Part shown: one piece after another, positions 1 through 10,059 of the stretch
Layout: each line of letters begins with the position of its first letter
Position numbering within the stretch: the stretch's first letter is position 1
Source of the DNA: Dimorphilus gyrociliatus
Taxonomy: Eukaryota; Animalia; Annelida
NCBI GenBank assembly: GCA_904063045.1
Contig: CAJFCJ010000003.1
Span: 1,984,001-2,048,000 of the forward strand
Length of the DNA stretch: 64,000 bases
Reading direction: 5' to 3'
Notes under the pieces: model-generated
What the model was told of the DNA's origin: nothing
Databases searched by the model: none
The model's input: the letters and a program-made list of their open reading frames with translations, nothing else
Program-made: the position numbers and the translations under genes

Positions 1-145
1 GATTTTTTTCTGTATAAATACAAGGAGATATTTATTGATCGTCCATTATGCAAATAAACTACTAAGAGTCCATATTCAATAACAATGTCTTAGCTAACTT
101 ATTTTCTACAGCTTTCCCCTAAATTCTAAATTAGAAAAGTGATAC

Positions 146-219
146 CTCTTCAGTGCTTGAAGTGTTATCTCGTCCTCTTCACAATCAAAAAATTCCTCTA
201 TTTCACTGTCAGAAGCCAT
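146..219 (-). CDS. First coding exon of a gene running off the left edge; resembles the WDR44 (rabphilin-11) N-terminus
   Basis: ATG at 219 reads MASDSEIEEFFDCEEDEITLQALK, then a GT donor at 145. Similar to the WDR44 start MASESDTEEFYDA as I recall it; only 24 codons are visible. Confidence 0.45.
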
Positions 220-425
220 TTTCAAATCTTAATAGGAGTCAATGAAATTTTTCTAAAATATTTATGGACGCATTTTCTTTACACAAACGTGTGAACTATG
301 TCATTAAACCGAAAACCTAGCCGTATATAAATTTTTGTTGTGTATTGGTGTCCTTGACATTTATGTCTACATCCGTTGAATTCGCCGATTTCCGTTTCCG
401 CTCCCGTCATGCCTATTTTGGCAAA

Positions 426-2987
426 ATGGAAGACAGCAATGTCCCTGTAGAGATTTGGGCTGAAAATGGCCAGTATTATTTCGAGGTTTGTCATTTGGAA
501 AAATTTTTTCTATAATTCACATTCAGCGGAATCTGATGAAACAGTTTCATATAATTTTAGTATGAATAATTTCCGTGTAACAGTTTTCAAAAGTGAGGGT
601 TCGTCGGATTGCTCAAAACGTTGCGCCGCATATTTTTGTAAAATCTGAGTAAAACGTGTTTAGAACATTGATTCCATGCTTAATCGATAAATCAGACAAT
701 TTTTCTACTTTTTGTACCTTCGATCGTCAATTTTTGCATCATTTACATACTTTTACAGGCTCTTTTGTGCAATGTGTACCAAACTGAAGTTGGTGTCCGT
801 TTGAAATCCGGGTAAGTAGCGACTACACGTTTCAATAAATCATAGACATACGTATTGATTATTTATAAATTTAAAAGCATTATTAATGTTAATTCTTCCT
901 AAAATCTAAAAGATGCGAAGAAAAACGATATCCATTTAAAGACGTTTCACTGCCTCAGTCTGGAAATAGTTCAGGAGAAGTAAAGGAGAACGATGAAATA
1001 GAAATAAAAGGAGAAATAGAACAAGATGGAGTAACTTTGAAAGTTTGGAGAAAAGGTCGAGTGCGATTTATTAAAGGCGACTTTGTCGCATTTGAATTGA
1101 GTGGTTCCAATGACAATGATGTTGTACCCTTCGAGCGTATTCGATCAGCGGAACTGAAAAATCAACATGTTACGAAGAACTCTTTTAACATCAGTTTTTT
1201 TGATGTGCCTGATAACCTAGTTCTTGCTTTTCGAGACAACTCAGCCTTAAATGATTTTAAAATGGCTGGTCCTTGTGTCCTATCATATGATGGGCATGGT
1301 CAAAAGCTGAAAGTTATAACTGTCGACAAACAAATTCATGATCGTCTTCAAATGATGTCTGATTTGTGTATGAGAAATGTCCGACAAAAGTTGATTTTGC
1401 GGCAGAAGGCAGAGGAAGCTCAAAAGAAATTGGAGGTTAGTTGCCAAGCATAAAACTTTTCGCTTATGATTCATAAATTTTACTCCAGCATCGCACTTCA
1501 GTAGCTGTAAGTTATTTCACGTTGTCTAAAGTATATTAAGAATTGTTATGTAACAGTTTTCGTATCCTAAAAACGTTTGCTTATGGTTTATATGTTAAAC
1601 TCTTCCCAAACTAACTTTCGCTGATTAATTGCAGAACCAGCGCCAAAGCTATCGAGCACCGTTTACAAAAGAATTCACCGTACAATCTGATCTGATGGGT
1701 TTAGCTATAGGAACACACGGTGCAAATATTCAAAAAGCCAGGCAAATAGATGGCATTACCGGTATTGAATTAGACGAACAACAATTTAGGATTAGTGGTT
1801 CTACAGCTGAAGCAGTCCAACAAGCCCGAAACATTTTAGAGTTTTGCCAAGAAACCCTCCCTGTAGCAAGAGCAATTATACCCAAAGTTATCGGCAAGAA
1901 TGGACGCAACATCCAAGAAATAGTTGACAAATCTGGAGTAGTAAGGGTTAAAATTGAGGGTGATAATGAGAGGCAAGATGATGCTCAAACAGAAATGGTA
2001 CCATTTATTTTTATTGGAACAAGAGAGAGCATTACAAATGCAAAATTACTCCTGGATTGTCATATTAAACACCTGCAAGAAGTGGAGAAAATACGTAATG
2101 AAAATCAAGGACTCTTCCAACAACTCAAACAACTATCAATTGATCCTCGACCTGGATCTGGTTATTACAGCGCTGGGTCTGACTATGAAAGGGGATGGAA
2201 AGGTCGTGGTCGACCTCATCGTCGGGGATGGTCGGAGGATAACTCTGACAGATTAGGTTATCAAACTGACGTACCGAATGATAGACCAAGGAGGGGTCGT
2301 GGAAGAGGTCGCGGTCGCGGTAGTTCTGCGTTTCATACAGGTTCCCAACCTATCAGTAAATATTTAAAAAATTATATAATACAATGTACTAAACAAAAAT
2401 ACAAAAGCAGATGATAGGAGGCAGAGAAATGTCGCTGTAAATGAGGAAACAGTAAATATTACGAGTATGTAGTACATGTTTTGATTCTATTTTCATTTTC
2501 TTTTAAGTCATATTTTACATTCAAAGATATTTTAAAACTGCCTCTTGCATGTTTAGTACATCTTTTAATATTGTTGGTTTTTTATGAAACTGATTCTAGT
2601 TCTAATTTAACAGTTAACAATACTGACAAGCACGGTGGCAGGCGAAGACGAACTGATGAAGATGACACCTTATTGGACAATAAAGAGGAAGTATCCAGCG
2701 TGACTAGTCAGGATAAAGGTGAGAGTAAATAATCAAATTAAAACTGTAAAGTAATATTTTATCTCTCAGAGAGTACTTCATCACAAGATGGTGTTGTTAC
2801 GACGAGTCATGGCCGAGGAAATAATCGTGGACGAGGACAAGGTAGAAAAGTTCTAGGAAGAGGAATTAATAGAGGTCGGTCCAACGACAAGATACCACCT
2901 TCAGGCAGAAAGAAAGAATCTGGCAATGGGGATACAACTGCGCATAATGGAGGACGACGCGCTGTTGTAAATGGAACGGATAATTAG
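426..2987 (+). CDS. FMR1: Fragile X messenger ribonucleoprotein family member (Agenet/Tudor x2, KH x2, RGG), multi-exon
   Basis: Exons 426-485 ([20 protein letters not shown]), 759-811, 913-1435, 1635-2355, about 2411-2464, about 2614-2718 and 2770-2987. KH motifs [16 protein letters not shown] and [27 protein letters not shown]; RGG blocks; RRRRTDED motif as in FXR proteins. Confidence 0.95.
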
Positions 2988-3224
2988 TTTGTGTGTGATC
3001 TCGTTTTTTACAGTGGAAATTTCATAAACTGTATTGCGCTTATCTTTGGTCTACGTTGTAAATACAGTCCTGAATGGGCTTTCATGAATTCTCCTAAGTT
3101 TTAACCAAGACTTGGCCTATAATATTTAAATATTGGCCCGTCTTTATAGACTGGCCAAGGTTTTAGAAAGCGATGTATAATAGGTGCGACAGGGCGTGTA
3201 TGTTATACCTTTTACCGCTCAATT

Positions 3225-5875
3225 ATGATTACGTTGTGCTCTGCATTCATTTTCCTATGTATTCCCTTTGGTTTGTAAAGTGTTTTAATTTGAACGACGT
3301 AAAATGATAAGGTTTATTACGCAGGCTATTTTTGTAGTAGTGATTTTTTGATTTTTACAAAAAATGGAGGAGCAAATTTAATAGAAATAGGCAAAAATGA
3401 CGTCAAAGATTTATTTAAGATTTCAGAGTATAAAGACCTGGCTTATTATAATAAAAGTCTCTATTTGATCGATTCTGACGGAAAATTTCGAGTGAGAGGA
3501 GAAAATGGCAGTAAATTACAAAAGGTTCTTCCAAGTATGTAAAAAAACAAACGCTAGTGCATGCTAATAATAATCTGTAGGCCTTAGTTTTACTTCTCTT
3601 GCTATTTTGGGCTCTACTGGATACATTTTTATGCTGGATAATACCCAAGACACTATCAGTGTCATGTCAAATAATTTGGAATATATTCAAACGATAATCA
3701 CAGACACCAAAATGACCTGTCTTGCAGTATCCAAAACGTTATATAAAGTATACATATACTCCTAAACTAATACATCAAGTTCAAACTTCAACAGGCACAT
3801 ATTTTGGTTCAATTTTGAGTCAAAAAAGTGGCATTTAAAACAATCAGGGTTGGATGGAAAAAATCCTACAAAAATCACACAAATTGATTCAAAGCCAAAG
3901 AAATTGATTGTATCTTTAGGTTCGCAGACACTAAGTTTATATATATATACTGTATATATAAACTTGTTTATTTGTTTTATTAACTTTAACTAGAGATTTT
4001 AAATAGACAAAATATATTTCGTCACTGAGAAGAAGGAACTGTATACAGTAAGTAACAAAAAGTTGGATATGATTCTTCCACAGGTTGATAGTTTTGCTGT
4101 GATTATGGATCGTATTTACTTTACGAAGCCAAGTGATAGGTAAAGTATGCTCCATTTTGACAAGTCTTTGATAAACTACTATTTCAGCATTCTACATAAA
4201 ATGCAAAATAACAAAGTGGAACAAATCTCCACTAATTTCACTGCCGAGAGTATTGTAGCTCCTACTCTCAGTGAGTAGAAATTAATATCAAGAAATATAA
4301 CACTATAAAATGGTTTACCTTTTTCATGAACAGTTACCAGTACTCCAAACTGTCCATGTGGCCATTTCTGTTTAAGCAGTTCGAATTGCTTGTGTTCGTA
4401 TGGTTATACAAAAAATGGAGAGTCATGCAAAAGTCACATAAATAGTAAGCTTTAAAAAACTGATTGTTTAGACACTTTCTTTCTATTACAAAAAGATCAC
4501 GAGCCCCTTATTGTGTTTGGTGATCTTAATCAGAAGGGAATTCATTTATATTACGTAAAAAGCAAAATTTATGAGAAAATTCCTGTCTATTGGAATCATT
4601 ATGCAATTGCCACTGAATATGATTCAAAAACGGATCAAATTATCTGGATGGATTCCATTGCAGATAAGAATCTCCATCTTATATACAGAATAAATAGGAA
4701 AACCTTAACTGCTTTTCACATTGCAGCTCACCCGGGTATCTATAGTTATAGTTAAAAATAATTTATTCTACATTCGAGTTCTACTTCAGACAAAAACAGT
4801 GGAGGTATCGCTCTGAATAAAGAAGGAATACTATATTATGCGGCTGGACAATACATTAGTTACCATCATATTAATAAAAAACCAGACAAACCGTCAAAGA
4901 AATTTGATGATTTAACTAATGTAAAAGCTATAGCAATTGACGAACAAAACAAGTAAGAGAGCAGTTATGAGAAACATTACGACTTATATTTTTATCACAG
5001 CTATTTATACCTTGTGGATTCTCCTGTATCGAGCATTCATAGATCATCTATTACAAATAATCTGTTGTCACACAGCGATACTAAAATACTTTCTGACGGC
5101 TTGGCAACAGTCTCAGGATTAGTATTTGGCAGTGAGAGAAATATATTCTATTTCACCAACACACTAAATTCTTCTCCAGTCATCGGAAAAATTGAGAAAT
5201 ACAATTTAAATGATAGCAGCAGAAGTGTCATTTTCGAGAAAGCACATTGGAACATTTATGGTATTACTAAAAACCCTATAGCAGAAGAACTTTACTTTTC
5301 AGTAACAGATAAACCAGATAACACCATAAGGTAAACTGCTAGATCATAAAAATCAAATTAAGTTTTGTTAGTTTACAGTGCCATTCAAGTTTTGAAAATA
5401 CCTGAAAATTTGAATGAAGGATTAGATTCACTAAAGCTTGGGCAGTTTAAAGATGTTCGGGGAATCGTTTGTGGACGTACGCACTAAATTCAATAATTCA
5501 ATGCTTAGTTAATTATGTTTTTTTGCAGTTACACCTGAAGTTGACTCGGAGAATGACGAAAACGAAACTAAGTCATCAAAAAATAATGCAGGTCTCATTG
5601 GAGGCGTTGTTTCGGCTGCAGTAATTGTTTTGTTGATTACTATAGCTATTACCATTTACTGTTTGAAAAAGAAACCGCTAAAACCGAATGAGCGAGCAGT
5701 CGCATATGCTCAGTCAGTTGCTAGTGGTGGTAATGATAACGTAACTGTGATCACAAGCGTAACTGGTATTTCTGGGATCTCTCAAACACACGATTACAAG
5801 GGTGCAGCTCAATTTGGCTATGTGAAAATGCCGTCAGATGAGGCTTCCGTATCCGGACGTAGTATAAAATATTGA
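3225..5875 (+). CDS. LRP/LDL-receptor-like type I membrane protein (YWTD-like beta-propeller repeats, EGF-like module, TM, short tail), many small exons
   Basis: Signal peptide MITLCSAFIFLCIPF (3225-3270) splices in frame to 3325. Propeller-like strings (IYFVTEK, IYFTK, IIWMD, LYYAAG, LYFSVTD); EGF-like CPCGHFCLSSSNCLCSYGY at about 4350-4410; TM AGLIGGVVSAAVIVLLITIAITIYCL; stop at 5875. Confidence 0.7.
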
Positions 5876-6040
5876 TGTTGTGTAAAAATTGAAAATAAAG
5901 AGTAAAAATAATTTTATTGGAATAATAAATGAATTAAGTTTCAATTTTACATTAGCTTCTGATTAGTTAATCTACGCAATAAGGTATACTTTAGCTGTAG
6001 TAAAATCAGTATTACCTGTTCATATGCGGTTATTTTGTTA

Positions 6041-6059
6041 TATATATATATATATATAT
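6041..6059. repeat. (TA)n microsatellite; similar tracts at about 7347-7363, 20886-20903, 26695-26710 and 45811-45826
   Basis: Direct reading of tatatata runs. Confidence 0.8.
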
Positions 6060-6966
6060 TTATACACTCTCGTAACCACTCTTGTTATTTCTCCTTCCTA
6101 TCAGATAAGCAATCAAAACAATAACAATCATTCCTGTAAGAACAGCTCCAACCACTATGGGAACAATATTTGAGGTTTTTTTATCAGCAGCGCATTCATT
6201 TACTGTGAACAAATTAAGAATAATTTATTTTAATTCTTTTAATTAAATTTAAAGTCTTACCAGTTGAACTAAAATTTTTCGCTTGTCCACCTTTAAAAAT
6301 TTCAAATTTAAATTCTTTGAATTCTAAATCAACTGTTAAATTTTTGTTCTTCAGTTCAATTTTAGGTTGATTATAGCATTTGAAAGTTTTATTGAAGCTG
6401 GTTGAAAATAGTTTAAGCTCATTTTTGATATATTCAGTTGAAGATTGATCCTTTTCTGTAAAATAATAATTAGAAGGAGTATTTTATTAATATTATCTCT
6501 TACTAAAAGCTATTGAGTTCAAATAATAATTTGATTTGTCAGAGGAGAATTTTAGATTAACAAATGAAGTTTCTTCAAGAGTAATGTTGACCATTGTCTT
6601 GTTTGACTCACAGGCAACAGTGAATGATGGATGTTTTTTCATTGTCCAAAACTTTCCACTTTCCTTCACCCTCAATCCCATTCTGGCAATAAAGCATTCT
6701 TTTCTAAGGATTTCAACAGGAAAATCATCAGGTGTAACAGTGGTTTTTTGGGTTGGACTCGTCGGTTGAATGGTGCTGACAGTGCTTCTGGTTGAAGATA
6801 CTGTAGAGTCATTATTACCTTCAGCTGTAGCAAGTCCTGAAAGCAATATATAAAATTTGTCAATAGCTCTGCTTCAACTAATAATCACATGACTTGTACC
6901 TGTCAAAGAGTATGTTGTTAAAAAAGACTTACCTAATAGAAGAACAACTAGAAACTTTGCATACAT
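6060..6966 (-). CDS. LAMP1: Lysosome-associated membrane glycoprotein (single LAMP domain)
   Basis: MYAKFLVVLLLG signal peptide, Ser/Thr-rich stalk, LAMP domain with Cys pairs, TM IVPIVVGAVLTGMIVIVLIAYLIG, and a C-terminal GYESV stop matching the GYxxPhi lysosomal sorting motif. Confidence 0.88.
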
Positions 6967-7082
6967 GTTGTTTGTTATCTTTTACGTGCAGGATATTTAA
7001 AAAGCGGGGAAACAAATGATTTAAGCTTCTTTTTACGACCTTTAAACCCTTTCTAATCAAACTCGATCAGTTAGGTGGTTGA

Positions 7083-7090
7083 CCGGAAGT
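7083..7090 (+). promoter_or_regulatory. ETS-type motif CCGGAAGT in the LAMP / COPS9-hexokinase divergent promoter
   Basis: Exact CCGGAAGT between the divergent ATGs at 6966 and 7225. Confidence 0.5.
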
Positions 7091-7224
7091 AATAGGAGTT
7101 AGTATGGTTTAATGTTTGTAGGTATGCTTTTTTAAATATTAATAAAGAACAAAATTCCAATAGAATCGAATTGTCTTTTTACTGCTTGATTCGTTTTTTA
7201 CGAAAATAATATAGGAATTTGTTT

Positions 7225-9979
7225 ATGTCACGGGATGTCATAGCATGGTTAAAGGATGGAATAGATTTCAGTCTGCTAAGTCAGGGAGCAGGTAAATTCG
7301 TTCAAATTTGGTTCTATATTGACCCACATATCTATCTAAACTCGACTATATATATATATATATACCACCCATCGAGTTAAAACTAGAATTTCAACCTAAA
7401 TATGAAACCGAATTCAGCGAATGTTGTTGCTGATGAAATGTTTCCTGAGGGTGCCGGACCATACATAGATATTGAAGAGGTATGAATATATTGAAATAGT
7501 AATTTACTTTTTCATATGTGTCGTTACAGCCAGCAAATTCGAGTGCACTTTTAATGGATTTAGCTGCTAATGAAAAGTCAGTTCATTCCGATTTTCACAA
7601 CAGTAAGAAACGAGAATATTCGGTCTGTCTATTTACTCAAAAAAATTTGAATTTCAGATTTCGGGGATCTCTTCGAAGATGAGGACCTTATTTGACCTTT
7701 TCTTGCAAACTGTATTAAAAGCTAAAAATTATCCCTATTTGTTTATATATATATACAGTATATGTGTGTGTACAATTAGCTTTTATTGGTTAATACATTG
7801 ACTGAGACGTCATTTCCAATTTTAAATTTAATTCAATAAATCTGTGTTATGGTATCTAATTCAGCAGATATTCGGCGAGTTGTTCCCGACGCTGGAGTTT
7901 TAAACACTCTTGCAGAACAAGTTCGCCCTGAAGTACTTTTTTTAGATTTGGACTATGTTGCAAAATGCATGTTTTAAATATTTTAATCAGGTCAAAGAGT
8001 ACTTAACGCGATTAAATGTGGCAGAAAGACAGTACGACGCGATATCTATCGAATTGGACGACGCTATGAGCAGAGGTTTACGTAAAGAAACGCATTCAAA
8101 TTCAAGTGTAAAAATGTATCCGACATTCGTCAGGCAACTACCAACAAGAAAAGGTACTCTTCTTGTAAAAAGATTATTTTTCTAGGCTTTCTTTTTGAAA
8201 CAGAAAATGGGACATTTCTTGCTTTGGATTTAGGGGGAACAAATTTTAGAGTTTTAGGGTTAACACTAAAGTCAGCTGATAATACTTCTGAGGTTAAAAA
8301 GCCAGTATCTGCTGAAAAGCAGTATGAACTCTCAGCTGAAATGAAAACGGGAGAAGGGGAGGCTGTAAAAACAATTCCTTACGAAATCTTTTTTTTGAAG
8401 AAATCTAATTTGGTTCTAATTTTATAGCTTTTTGAATACTTGTCCGCTTGTCTGTATGACTTTGTTCGCTCTAAAGACTTTGTTAATATAATTGATGAAC
8501 CAAGCAAAAACCGTCTAAGACCTTTAGGATTTACGTTTTCCTTTCCATGTAAGCAGTTAAGCCTTGGAGAAGCCTGGTCTGAAATAATAAATACATAATT
8601 ATTTTTTCTCTAATTGCCTTGATTAACAGTCTTACACAATGGACAAAAGGTTTCAAATGCGAAAACGTTGAAGGACGCGATGTGGGACAACTCTTAAATA
8701 AATATATCACGAGAGTGAGTGGAAAATTAACCTTAAAAAATTTAAATATTTTCTAAACGAATAACAGAAGTCGGAGAATATCGAATGTTGTGCAGTACTG
8801 AATGATACTGTAGGATGTATGATGTCTTGTGCATATTTTAATAGAAACACAAAAATTGGAGTTATTTTTGGCAAGTTGATCATTTTGGATCTTTTCATTG
8901 TAATTAATTCTTTTCACTTTTGTAAATTAAACTAGGCACAGGGACAAATGCTTGTTATTTGGAGAAAATAAACAATATAGAAACATTACCTGAGAGCGAA
9001 AGGAATTTAGAGCCATCTGTGATGATTGTAAATACGGAGTGGGGAGCTTATGGCTCAAATAGAAACGAAGTTTGCATTCGTGGTATTCGAACAGATATTG
9101 ACAAAATTGTTGACACTAAATCCTTTAATCCAAATCGCCAAATGTTGTATTTGCGTACTCCGCAGGTTTATTATGAAAAATAATAAGCATTTTAAATGAC
9201 AGATTCGAAAAAATGATCTCTGGCCTATATCTAGGGGAATTAGTTAGATATTATTTGATTGAAGGAATTGATAAAAAAATTTTTTTTCCTTCTCATGATA
9301 CAACACTTACCAGAACTAAACTTTCAAAGCCGTATTCTTTCTTGACAAAACACATATCCAAAGTCGAAGCGTACATATATATTATATACATTCCTACGTA
9401 TTACTCTTAAATTTAATGCTGCTTTTTTCAGCGGTCATGATCCGAAATATGCTAATCAAGTAGATGACACTCTTAAACGAATAATCGGTTTACAAGGTTA
9501 AAATTTCAAGTATAATGATTATCAAGTACGAAATTGATATATTTTTTAGGAGAAATTACAAATGATGATAGGTTAACACTTCGATATTTATGCCATCTTG
9601 CATCGAAACGAGCAGCTTATTTGGCTGGTACAGGTATACTATTACGACTACAGAATATTGGCAAACTTTAGAGCCATGACTTTTTTAGCTTTGTCTGTGC
9701 TTTTGAAAAGAGTTAGTAATGGAGGGGATGAGATAATTACCATTGGAATCGATGGTACTTTACATTACAAACATCCTGCTTTTGATTATTACATGCGTCA
9801 GCAAATCAGAAGAATGTATGGGAATAAGGTGGGTAAAAATAAACTTCTATATGATTAAAGCAGATCAATTTGCTTTAAAGTTTGAATTGCAACGATCAGA
9901 AGATGGCTCTGGTTTAGGTGCAGCAATTGTAGCTGCTACATCATACTTAAACAAGAGATTGACTATAACATCTGAATAA
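7225..9979 (+). CDS. HK: Hexokinase (single-domain, about 50 kDa type), multi-exon; start either 7225 (spliced across COPS9) or 7849
   Basis: Motifs DLGGTNFRV, PLGFTFSFPC, LTQWTKGF, LNDTVG, GVIFGTGTNAC, NTEWGAYG, FEKMISGLYLGELVR and SEDGSGLGAAIVAA; stop at 9979. Exon 7225-7291 splices in phase 1 to 7868, and an in-frame ATG also exists at 7849. Confidence 0.95.
7402..7695 (+). CDS. COPS9: COP9 signalosome subunit 9 (CSNAP/MYEOV2), 3 exons; missed by the ORF track
   Basis: Exons 7402-7479, about 7531-7602 and about 7658-7695 give [62 protein letters not shown], matching the COPS9 signatures [21 protein letters not shown] and F.DLF.D; AATAAA at 7835-7840. Confidence 0.95.
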
Positions 9980-10059
9980 TTATGTACTGTTTACACACAG
10001 TATATGTTAAATTTGTCAGTTATATTTAACGTAAAAAATCCAGTAAAAAATTTTATCTT

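Noticed and set aside
533-648. CTGATGA...CTGA in FMR1 intron 1 as a C/D snoRNA or hammerhead core
   Set aside because: The C box lacks the leading purine, there is no terminal stem or recognisable guide, and there is no stem II/GAAA arrangement for a hammerhead.
3304-3351. Apparent frameshifted signal peptide (ATG 3304, MIRFITQAIFVVVIF then TGA in a poly-T run)
   Set aside because: An upstream exon (3225-3270) plus a 54-nt intron gives an in-frame signal peptide, so no frameshift is needed.
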